Below are positions 52,381-64,000 of a stretch of 64,000 bases of DNA, piece by piece (within the stretch, counting starts at the first letter, position 1; each line of letters opens with the position of its first letter). Position numbers and translations under genes: made by a program. Where the stretch lies: positions 99,882,001 to 99,946,000 of the forward strand of contig OX597814.1 in the NCBI GenBank assembly GCA_951406725.2, written 5' to 3'. The stretch comes from Octopus vulgaris. Its lineage: Eukaryota. The notes beneath the pieces were generated by a model. That model searched no databases and had not been told where the DNA came from. It worked only from the letters and a program-made list of their open reading frames with translations.

Positions 52381-52518
52381 GGTGAAAGAGGATGGTTAAG
52401 TAATAATTAATTTAGATGGAATATAAAATAAAGAGTGAGGTGGAGGAAAGAAAATAGATGTGAGATATGTAGGGATATTGAATTTGTAGATCCATTTTTT
52501 AGGCAGAATTGTATATAT

Positions 52519-52691
52519 ATGTAGGATTCCAATACCTTATGAGAAAAATCCAACAGCATTTAAAATAGTTAATTCCAAGTATAGAGTTTATACACAATGT
52601 AAGATTCCAATACCTTATGAGTAAGATCCAACAGCATTTTAAATTGTTCATTCCAAATATAGAGTTTTTACAAAATGTAAGATTCCAATAC
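52519..52691. repeat. 78-bp minisatellite, ~2.2 copies
   Basis: ATGTARGATTCCAATAC recurs at 52519, 52597 and 52675. Confidence 0.85.
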
Positions 52692-54699
52692 ATTTATATA
52701 CACGCACAAATACACAAGCACGCGCGAGCACACACACAGACACACACACATACAAGTGTGTACGTGTGCGCAAGAAATATATATATATACATCCATACAT
52801 ATGTGTATGTGTGTGTTCTGATGTGTATGTGTCTTTATGTAAATCTTTCTGATACATAAAGTTTAGCGCTACATTGAAACACACTTGTAATCTAATCTAT
52901 TTACATATATTATGTAAGATGCCACTGCTTATATTTGCCCTCTTTTATTTGTGTACTTATTATTTTTATTATTATTGATATTTCTTAACAAGCTTTATCT
53001 AATATAGCTTACCAAATTCCCTATCCTCGTTAGCTTTTTTATTTTTAACTTAACTACCCTTCACATGTGTCTATATATGTAAAGGTGCCTGTTTGTCTCT
53101 TTCTGTATGTGTGCGTGTATACTCGTGTGTGTGTGCGTTTGTGTGAATGTGTGTGTGTGTGTGTGTGTGCATGAATGCCACCCTGTATGGGGCATTTGAT
53201 TTATATTTGTGTTTTGTTTTGGCCTTCCGTGTTTTTCTTCCTATTTTGCGGAGGTCGACATAAGAGTCACGCTAGAGATATGTACTTATAGATATGTACA
53301 ACATAGACCTCTCTTGTTGCTTCCCTTGCAAAGATACGACTACAAGCTAAAAATAGTTTACCAGAAAATGTTTTGATATAAACCTTTATACATTTGTTGC
53401 TGTTGTTGTACTTGTTGTAGTTGTTCACATTGTTATTTATGACACGTTGTTTCATACTTCAAATTTTATTTAAAATATCTACAGTATCTGCTATTATTTA
53501 TTAGAAAATTATCAAAGAGGGAATATTTTTATAATGTGAGTCATATTAAAGATAAGGAGCAAAAATGTTGATGATAAAATGCATAAAGATATTTCAAATT
53601 AATGCAAAGAATCTTTCTTATCAAGTTTGGAATAATAGAGATTTCTAACATAAGCAGAAACTGAAAATGTTGTGTGGGATTGGTGGAGTCGATTTACTAG
53701 ATCAACGTCTCCACGTTCCCATATTTGTTTACATTTATTGCACCTCAACAGTATTTGAACCTGGAATGACGTAATTAAATGCCACATCTTTAATTTCTCG
53801 TTCAAACTAAAGTGCTCTTCACAATTTGTGACTACTTACTCAATGATTAGAATGTATTTCATTCCGTTTTTTCTCTTGAAAAGAAATGTCTTGAAGTGGT
53901 TGAGGAAATTACTCTTGGAATTGATGGCATGCAATCGTTCCGGTCCACGAACACTATGTCGCAGCTCTGTCACTTGGCTCTGCCAAATGATCGTATTCTC
54001 ATTTCTATCATGATTAGATTTAGCCGACAACACAACGTGTCTCGCATTGAAGAAATACTTGTGAGTTAATATCAGAGTCAGTACGTCGATTGAGATGCCT
54101 TTCCTACATTGCATCCTTTATTCTACCGCTAGTGCCCTCTCAGAACTATTTTTCTATTTATTGCTATTTGTTTGATAAATATTATGGATTCTTCTTTCAT
54201 CGCCCTTTCCAAATCGCTTCAAAGCCTGTTGCTAAGGATCTACCCACTAATTGTAGCTTAACTAGTTCGGAAATCAGGAAAACTATAAACATTTTGCGCC
54301 AAGAAATATACGTTCAAACTCCAGAAACTGATTTCCTTCTCTAAGTTGATCGTGCAAATCAAACATTTTGTCTTCTGTGTAGTTGTTCATCTGAAAACTC
54401 GATAATATAACCTTTCTTCGTCTACTGGGCTAAATAAAGATGACCAGATACGGTTGCTCAATGTCTACATTGGTGCATCCAAGGTAACCCAGTGAATATC
54501 CGTCAGTTGTTTGGATTCATAGATTTAACCTTTTTTTATTGCCTAACTCCAAAATAATGCATGATTAGTCCTTGGAACCATTCTCCCATAAGTACTAAAT
54601 AGTGGAATGTTCTAGGTGTCTGATGAAATTCAGTCGACCATGAAGTTTGCTTGCAACATCACCGACTTACTACCCAAATCTACGAAAGTAGTCTGTGAC

Positions 54700-55900
54700 A
54701 GTCAGATTCAAACCACTCCAAAACAGCACTTTACTTCACCTGCTACCTGATACTGGCCAAAAATAAGATGCGTATTATTCGCAAACATAAATATCAGTAC
54801 AAGTAGGTATGTCCCGGAAATTCTGTTGTCGAATGATATAAACCTAGCTACTACATCTATATCTACTGATGTGACATCATTCAAAATGTGACGTTGATTT
54901 TAAGCTAACCCTTGGTCACGTAGATTTAAACATACTGCTCGATGAATGCCAATTTTGTACAAATTATATGTTTTAGAAAGATTATATTTATCCCAAATAT
55001 GGGAAAGTGGAGGCTTTGTTCTACTTGAGCGCATTTATATAATATCCATTGTAGGAATAAAGAAATCCTTATTAAAAAGTAATGAAAATTTAATTAAGTA
55101 CAAACATGAACAAAGCAAGAAACTGATTTGTGTTTTCAAGGAAGACAACGATACTAAGCTGAAGTTGAATAGACAGGTACGTGAGAGCTAAAAGAAATTG
55201 ACACACCTAAAATATATGCTATAAATGAACCTCCGAAATGTCATCCCTATATGGCCAATACAGGAAAAAACTCATGATGGTGAGACAGAAAAAGAAATAT
55301 TGCAACATGTGCTGGGCTGTGCAGGATGTTAAGCTGAAACAGACGTATGAAAACCTTCCAGGCAGAAACTTCCCGGAAGCTGTCATACTCCATAATGTAG
55401 TGGTCAAAAAGAAACAAAGTAACCACATTGTTTTGCCTTTCAAGGCGTAGACAGGAAAGTATACACTTACAGAGATCACACATTTTGGGTATTTTAAAAC
55501 AACTGCAAATTGTGCCACAGTTATGAAATACGAGCAGAGAAACATGACCTAACTAAGCGTATTACGATTTGGCAATACGCAAGGATTTACCAATAACGCA
55601 AAATAACGAGATCAAGACTAAAATCCTGGATATTGCTACGAAAAACCTTACAAAATAACTGTACCCTTTTCGAAGTATCAGCAGAAACAGTTGATAATGT
55701 CTATTAGAGCTAATAGAAAATAGTTAAAATAATCTAACCACAAAGATCTGAAAATATATATCACCAGAAAATGATGACCGAAAATAGAAATTATCCATTG
55801 CTTGGAAAATGATTTAAGCGCATGCAGAAAAACATAAAGCAAAATATAGGACATGCGAAAATGCACATTTTTAATAACAACTGCAATACAGCTAGAACTG
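54700..55900 (+). pseudogene. Old decayed R4-clade LINE 3' region
   Basis: ERLYL....GGFVLLERIY..SIVGIKK.L...KHEQSKKL..VFKE, LYGQY and EIKTKILDIA resemble R4 post-RT and RLE regions; many stops and frameshifts. Confidence 0.55.
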
Positions 55901-56490
55901 GAAAGAATGTCAGGATGGATTTGAATGTAGGAAACCCAGTTTTATACTAGTATTGGTTCTTGATTGCCTTTGGCGATATCCTTTCTGTCGTAAGTATCCG
56001 GGAAAGATCTCCGATCAGAAGAAGGCCGTCCATTACTCTTCCTAGTTGTTAAGAAGACAGGTAATAAAACCTACCCTTTCTTTCTCTAATTAAACCACGA
56101 AGATAGCATTGAAAAGAAAAATACATGTTTTAGAAACATCCACTGCGTTAGTAACTTTATAAATGCCAAAAGGAGATTCCGAAAAGAAATTAAACACCTT
56201 AAAACAACCTTTTAACACAAAACCTGCTGGAAATAGTTCTCCTGGGATGCATTCGAAGGGGACATAATTCTTTCGTCAGTTGAAGGATATGCTTCTCAAG
56301 GAAATAGGTTTTGTATCTTTAAGATAGATTAGCTGACATTTTTCATGTAATATGATCAGACCAGTAAATACTCGGCATGTAATAGCTATGTAATCATTTA
56401 AATCTGTCAACAAACCAGAATTAGAAATATATCTACATAAAAGCACATACATGATATATTTGTGTGTGTGTGAATCTCTATGTATATATA

Positions 56491-56553
<63 letters not shown>

Positions 56554-56870
56554 TATATACATATACATAGTTTCGGGGGATATATTATCCTGGCGGTTAC
56601 CGTATTAAAACTTAGATCGGTTCTCAATACCAGGTAGCCACACCGAATGTTGGTTAAACTCAAGTTAGTGAAAATTTATTAGACTTGGTAAATCTGAATG
56701 TCCACAGAGGAAACAATGAAGTTTTCAACATACCCACACAAAGATTTTCCCATTTGGTCTGTTAAAGATTTTTTTTTCATTCTCCCATGCGCCAGCTTAC
56801 CAAGTTAGTGTGATAGTCGAAAGACCCTTTCTGTTATTTATTTATGTGGCAATTATTTTTCTTTTGTTGT

Positions 56871-57894
56871 ATAGCCGAAAAATTTAGCAGAACTGCACAA
56901 AACATTTAGCAGAACTGTCAGATTTTCAAAGAAGTCGTATTGTTGGACAATCTGAGGCTCGTCTTAGACAGCGAAAAATTGCCGAAAATCTTCAAATTCC
57001 TCTTGCTACTGTTAATAGAATTATTGTGCATTTCAAAAGCCAAGGAAAAGAATCAACAGATTCTCGTCCCGGTCGACCTGGGCTCGTAGAAAGGAAGCTT
57101 CACTGTTTGAAGAGAATTGTGGAAAACAAACCCCGTTCGAAAGTTTCTGACATTGCAAAACAGCAAAAAGTTACTCCAAGAACGTGTGTTACATATCTGC
57201 ATAAGCTTGGGTATTATGAACATTGCGTTAGAAGAAAACCTCTCCTTCAACTAATTAAGATCATGAAAAAGAGAAATGCGCTAAGGAGATGTCAGAGAAA
57301 TCCAGTTCATTTTGGGATAGAGAGATTTTCGCAGATGAATCCAGATTTGCATTATTTTCAGACAGTACACGTGTTTGGGTATGAGGGTTGCCCAATCAAG
57401 AATTTGATTTGAAACGACTCCAACTAACTGTGAAACATGGCGGTATCTCTGTAATGGTATGGGGAGCTGTCACCAGCAATGGTCGTTCTGAGCTGATCGA
57501 ATGTGTTGGAACCATAAACTCTGAAAAATGCATCGAAATACATAAGCAAGGACTACGTCCAATGTATTCACATAATAACATAACGAAAAATGTTTTTTTA
57601 TTCATGGAAGATGGGGCTCCATGCCACACAGCGAAAAGGAATCAATAATGGCTGACTGAAAATGGGATCAAAAAACTTCCTTGGCCGAGCCAATCTCCTG
57701 GCATGAATCCAATTGAAAATCTTGGAACGTACGAAAAACTCGACAGAAACCTAAAACTAAAGATGAAATGTTTCGATTGTTGCGTGAAAAGTGGGCAGAA
57801 ATTTCACAAGAGACAATCACAAAGCTCATCAGTTCAATGCCAAAAAGAGTTTCTGAATTAAAATCTGTAAAGGGAATGTCAACTAAATACTTAA
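56871..57894 (+). pseudogene. Tc1-family (DD34E) transposase pseudogene
   Basis: [70 protein letters not shown] and SMPKRV..TKY; frameshifts and stops. TIRs not resolved. Confidence 0.9.
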
Positions 57895-58032
57895 GTATAT
57901 AGTCTTGCCTATTGATTACATTGTTCGCTTTGCGTATTAAATAAAATATTTTGAAAATTAAAGATGCCTATTTACTTCCTGCATGTTTGTGTATATAAAT
58001 ATATATGCATATATATGTATGTATATATATAT

Positions 58033-58080
<48 letters not shown>

Positions 58081-58242
58081 GCACATACGTATATATATAT
58101 ATGCACATACTTATATATAAATACATACATGTATAAATACACATACATATATATCCATATAAATATGTATGTATATATAAATATATGTATGTGTGTGCGT
58201 GCGGCTGTGTAGTTGTTTGTTTCGATATGGATGAATGTAAGT

Positions 58243-58283
<41 letters not shown>

Positions 58284-59015
58284 ATCTGAAAATCTTAAGA
58301 CTATTCTTTCATCATCTGTAGATGAAACATTTTGCAAGTTATGAGTAAACTTTTCGTATAGCCTAATATTTACTCTCTCTCATACACACACACATGCTCA
58401 TACACACACACACACACGCTCATACACACACACACACACACATACACAAAAAACGCACGCGCTCGTCCGCACATAGTTATGTGTTTATATGTACACACAC
58501 ACACACACACATACATAAGCGTGTACGCATCTAAGAACATAATGTAAATATGTTTGTTGCTGTTTCCAAAGTGTCTACAGTTAAAACAAAAAAAGACAAT
58601 GATTTCTTTTGTTTTATCCATTCACATCTTTTTAAGTTTATATAGATGAAAATGATATCTTTAATTTCACTTTTTGTTGAATGATCACAATTCTCGCTTT
58701 TTTTCTCTCTGTTTTATTTCTTTTATATTTTTGTCCATTTAGCTTACAGCATATGGTCTTATTTTAGGTGAAGCAAATTTTATGTAGTAAAATTAAGAGG
58801 AACATCATGCTAAACATAGAAAGACATTATAGTTGGCCTTCTTATCTTAATATTAGTCAAGACATGAAATGGTCCCATGATACAAAGCATTCACAAAATA
58901 TCTCTTGCTCATATCTGTCAATAGTTTCTTTAGATTTTATCTTAATACGTAAATATTCAGGAAGGGAACAATTGGAGAAAGAAATTATACACACAACACA
59001 CACGAAGTTGTGTGT

Positions 59016-59065
<50 letters not shown>

Positions 59066-59769
59066 TTGTGTGTGTTTATTTGTGTGTGTGCTTGAGTAAA
59101 TTTATATATAGTCTCCTTTAGAGAGATTTAGAAATAATAATAATAATAATAATAATAATATATATATATATATATATATATACACTCACCCACATATATG
59201 CATAAACATATATATTATACATACATATATAATATATGTAAAGTATATTTATATATAAGAATGTAATTTATGCATCTTCATGTACACACACATACATATT
59301 CGTATATGTGTTACATATGCATATATATATATATATGTATATAAATATACATGTATATAAATATACATATATAGATCTATAGATATGCATACATACTTTC
59401 ACATATACCTATATATCTGTATATATATATATATGTATATCATATGTTATATATGTATATATAATATATACATATGTGTGTGTATGGATATCAGAAGATA
59501 CATTTAAAAGTATTTATGAAAGAAAAACAGCTTATACATATCGAAATATTTAGAAACGAACATTTCAAATAAACAAGCCTGTCTTATATTTATGGTCATG
59601 GTGATCATGTGTTAGTAGTGAGTACAACTATGTACGTTGAAGCTTTTCAGACTGCTACTAATAATAAAGTTTCTGCAGAGCCAATTGTATGTCCTCTCGA
59701 CACCATGAACATAACCGTGCGCCAGGATTCTATATTTTGAAATTTATTTATATGTAGCAAGAGTGAGCA

Positions 59770-60704
59770 CGAGGTATTATGAAAGAGTTCTCGGACTAGT
59801 TATGTCTAATAAAAACATAACTCATTAACCTAAGTTCTAACATAATCTCTAACATAACTCATTAACCTAAGTTCTAACATAATCTCCTTCGAAATACTCA
59901 CCTTGAGCAGTAATACACTGGTCCGAACATTCCTGCTACTTCTGGAATGCGGCCTGAAAGTCGTTTCCCGTAACAGAGTCGAGAAATTCTGCGATTCGCT
60001 CTTGATCTCGACAGCAATGTTAAGACGGTGACCTTTGAGCAGCATTTTCATCTTGAGGAACAAATGTAGGTCCACAGGTGTTAGATCTAGAGAATAGGGC
60101 GGATGTGGAAGCGATATGATGTAGTTTTGGCGATAAACTCACGAATGAGGAGAGCTCAGCGACAGGGTACCTTATCATCATAAAGAATCCAATTCTTTGC
60201 GCTGCACAGAACCGAATGTTCTCCCTCAAGCACTTCAAAAAGTCGCAGTAGAACACTCGATTGCTGATCTGGTCCTGGGTGACGAATTCTCGATGCACAA
60301 AACCGCATTTCCGGAGGTGACGCTTGTAGGTCTTCCAGGTTGATCATTGTCTTTCAGGGACGTTCTTCGGCCTTTGAAGTGCCCACACCACTGGAAACAT
60401 TGCGTACGACCTATTGCCTCGTTGCCGTAAGCTTGCCGAAACAAGCTCAATGTCTCTGTAGCAGACTTCTCCAGTTTAACGCAAAATCTCACGTTGTCGC
60501 TTTGTTTCTGTCCATGACAAAAGTCGCAGACTACAGCATACACGTGATCACGTAAACATAAATTTAACAACTTGTGAAGTAGAAACAGCGATATCGCTCG
60601 ATATACTGCCTCATGAAGGTCACTCTAGCTCTCACTGCACATACAATGGTACCATCTGTTGGCTTGCTACAGAACTAGTGCGGGACCTTTTTGGTACCAC
60701 CTCA
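59770..60704 (-). mobile_element. Mariner (DD34D) element, internally deleted and decayed
   Basis: Imperfect TIRs CGAGGT..GAAAGAGTTCTCGGACTAG and CTAGTGCGGGACCTTTTTGGTACCACCTC. Peptides VRFCVKLEKSATET..AYG, FKGRRTSLKD..PGRP, HREFV, FYCDFLKCLRENIR and LFLKMKMLLKGHR. Confidence 0.85.
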
Positions 60705-60711
60705 CATACTA

Positions 60712-60752
<41 letters not shown>

Positions 60753-60758
<6 letters not shown>

Positions 60759-60865
60759 CACGTGACCGACCAGACCATCAGATGTTACACATCACTGGTC
60801 ACAATGCGTTCGCATTGTTTTAGCTTTCGAATGACGCCACCCCGCTGGCTTAGCGAGCAGGTCAA
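60753..60865 (-). mobile_element. 5'-truncated SINE C tail type a
   Basis: Nearly identical to 2750-2860; inserted in (TA)n. Confidence 0.85.
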
Positions 60866-60888
60866 TATATATATATATATTAATATGC

Positions 60889-60943
<55 letters not shown>

Positions 60944-60961
60944 GTATATATATATATATAT

Positions 60962-61399
60962 CTTTTACTTGTTTCAGGCATTTGACTGCGGCCATGCTGG
61001 AGCACCGCCTTTAATCGAGCAACTCGACCCCGGGACTTATTCTTTTGTAAGCCCAGTACTTATTCTATCTGTCGCTATGTGTTGGAACCATAAACTCTGA
61101 AAAATGCATAGAAATACATAAGCAAGGACCGAACCGCTAAGTAACGGGGACATAAACACACCAGCATCGGTTGTCAAGCAATGCTAGGGGGACAAACACA
61201 GACACACAAACACACATACACACATATATATATACATATATACAACGGGCTTCTTTCAGTTTCCGTCTACCAAATCCACTCACAAGGCTTTGGTCGGCCC
61301 GAGGCTATAGTAGAAGACACTTGCCCGAGGTGCCACGCAGTGGGACTGAACCCGGAAGCATGTGGTTGGTAAACAAGCTACTCACCACACAGCCACTCC
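60962..61399 (-). mobile_element. SINE family A full length with a 53-bp foreign insertion
   Basis: Homolog of 51323-51733; 61077-61129 matches the Tc1 sequence at 57501-57553. Confidence 0.9.
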
Positions 61400-61424
61400 A
61401 TATATATTGGTCTGAAATTTTGAC

Positions 61425-61626
61425 ACAAGGTCAGTATTTTTTATCTATAAAGAAGCTAAGTCAATTAAACTGTCCCTAGAGCTCAAGTAGTGCTTATTTT
61501 ATCGATCGCGAAATGTTGAAATGCTAAATTTACCTCGGCGGAATTTGAGCCCTGAACGTAAGGACGGGCAAAATTTTTGCTAAGTATTTTCCCCGGCGTG
61601 GTTAATGATTCTGCCAGCTCACCATC
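61425..61626 (-). mobile_element. SINE family B, diverged
   Basis: ACCTCGGCGGAATTTGAGC...TCTGCCAGCTCACC. Confidence 0.7.
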
Positions 61627-63646
61627 TTATTATCCTATTGATTTCTGCGTTAAGTTAGTTTAAGACATTTTGAGCTATCAATATTCGGACATCCTATATT
61701 TGATTTATGTGAGATACATTTTTTCCAACTAAATTTCTCAAGAAAATCATGCTGGCTTCTGTATGCGAAGTTGTGCCTTTATTACGTGTTTTAAGGCTCT
61801 AAATTTTTTTTATTTTCAATATCCGCTGCTGAAATTTAATTTTCTTGATTACATACTTGAGTACATACCCGTCCTACAGATGGAGAAACTAAGTATAAAG
61901 TATATCGTTTTATGCTTTAATTTATCATGCAAAACACTTAGTAGGTATCAAAACGATACGTTTGGATAAAATTAATTAGTGCTCATATCGAGATAAATTA
62001 TTTATGCGATTTTATTTTCAAACGTGCCTTTGTAAGTAACACCTGTTTAACGTGTGAATTGTATAGTAAAGTAAATTTACGAAAATAAGAGATAAATGCA
62101 GCATGTTTTTGTTACATATATGTTGAACTTAAAGCGTAATAATGGTTTCTGAATGAGTCCCAATGCCAGTAGTTTTGAGAGTTGCGCAAGCCGATACTAT
62201 TGCTCCAGTAACTGACTGATACTATATTTCATCGTCCACGGAAGGGTGGAAAGCGTGATTTGAACAAAGAACGAAAAATGTCGAAGCATACCGTGAGTCA
62301 CTTTGCCTATGCTTTAATCAGTTTGCCAAACCACTACACTTTACATGTTTTATAATGGACAGGAACACATATTAGAGCACCGGGTAGATTGATTAGTACC
62401 ATTAGAGCACCGGGTAGATTGATTAGTAAAAATTCTGAACTACGAGCTCAATTCTCGCTAAGGTCAACTTTCTCTTTCGTCTTTTCGGTGTCCTATAAGT
62501 AACTTACTAGTCGTATACTTGTGTTGTCTTTTATCTTCCTTTCACTCTTTTCGTCCGTATCACTTACATGGAAAAATCGGTTGTGAATTGACCTTGAGTG
62601 TGATAGATTCTGCTAGCTCTTCACAGGCCTAAGTCACGCTGTATTTTGATTCGGCGCACCCATTCTTTATTAAGGTCAACCCTAGAATATAGTAAAAGGC
62701 ATGCTCAAGTAGTAGGACCCGAATTTTTTTAACCACACGGCTTATATATTTTTGCATATAAGCGCACGTCCCTTTAGGCCAGTCTGAATAACATCTGGAC
62801 TAACCTTTATTGTTCCATAACTTTGTAGTTCCACAAATAATAATCGATAAAACGAATAGAGACAGGGTAGATATGCATAATTCAAACGTTGTAGGCAGCT
62901 ACGAATACACAAATAAGAGAATCTACACACTCACCTACATACATAGTGTTGTGTGGAAGTAGAACACCCCTATTGGCTAGCTCCTAATGGACTGTGCCAC
63001 AATATAAATGGACATACGCAAAGAGCCTTGAGCAGTGTAAAGCTGAGAGTTGCGTATTATCGAGGGTTATTACCAGTATCTTTAGTAGAAAGATTTGCAA
63101 GGACATTATTATCCCGTTATATCGTACGTTGAACGTGCGATACAACACATAGATACATACATACATACATACATACATACATACATACATACATACATAC
63201 ATACATACATACATACATACATACATACATGTATACATGCATGCATACGTACATAGATACATATATATATATACTTCATACAAATTACATTCATATGTTT
63301 GTGTGTGTGTGTATGTATGTCATAATAATGCTAATCAAACAAGGAAGACTGAATATTTCCTGATAGTATTCTTCTATGTATATGAGTTCATTTTTGATAA
63401 TTATATCTTCCTTTATGATAACGTCGACGTAGGATAATCGCTCTTGGGAATTCGTAATCTTCGCGTGAATTACTTTTCACATCAAGTTCTAACAAAGTTT
63501 ACAAGAAATAGCTTTGTTTTCTTTTTTAAATATTCACATATTTTCTTTATAGATTGCCTATATTATTTTACAATTGATGTTACACAAATAGATGCTTGTA
63601 CACAACTTCATTTTTAATTTTTTTCTTCAAATTCCTAGAGTGATGA

Positions 63647-63781
63647 GGTCTCCTGATGCAACGATAAATACACCAATGCTGTTATTGTTTTTATATCTTT
63701 GAGTGAGGAGAAAATACAGTTTCCAGGACCCTTTACAAAGCTTCTCGGATTGGATAGGAAAGTATCTAGAAACCGGAGACC
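63647..63781 (+). ncRNA. Degenerate hammerhead-like motif with very long stem II region
   Basis: GGUCUC-CUGAUGC...GAAACCG-GAGACC, with a perfect 6-bp stem I. The cleavage triplet appears deleted. Confidence 0.35.
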
Positions 63782-64000
63782 TGGTATAAATACTTTCGAC
63801 AAAATGAACTCTGTTTATGGCAATAAAAGTGCCAGGCAGTAAGGTATGGAGATTTCAATATAAAGAACATGTACAACTGTCACAAGGGATTCGATCCAAA
63901 ATTCTTCCAGTGAAGCTAATCCACTGCCTTGGGTTGGTAATTTTTTCAATCTTTAAAGAATAAAATGGAAAGGTGATCCCGGCAGTGTATGTATTCAAAT

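Noticed and set aside
53840-54070. Stop-free plus-strand stretch (SLEKKCLEVVEE...)
   Set aside because: No recognisable motif or splice context; likely chance or unrecognisable decayed TE.

Overview
AT-rich animal genomic DNA saturated with microsatellites ((TA)n, (CA)n, (TATC)n, (TACA)n, (TAA)n). The SINE repertoire suggests an Octopus/coleoid cephalopod (inference). I can support no host protein-coding exon, and almost all listed ORFs are translated microsatellites. The window is an intronic or intergenic transposon landscape. Its centrepiece is a young, near-full-length Penelope-like retroelement (Neptune-type; RT plus C-terminal GIY-YIG endonuclease; minus strand, ~17.9-23.2 kb) with two ~840-bp pseudo-LTRs, each carrying a variant minimal hammerhead ribozyme. 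About eleven further hammerhead-like motifs from several distinct families are scattered through the window. They include a covarying structured-RNA pair and a type II topology motif. Also present are four R4/Dong-clade LINE remnants (two nested in (TAA)n), a decayed second PLE, three Tc1/mariner remnants, two mariner MITEs and three tRNA-derived SINE families. One SINE carries a 53-bp insertion copied from a Tc1 transposase 3.6 kb away. Coordinates of decayed elements are approximate.
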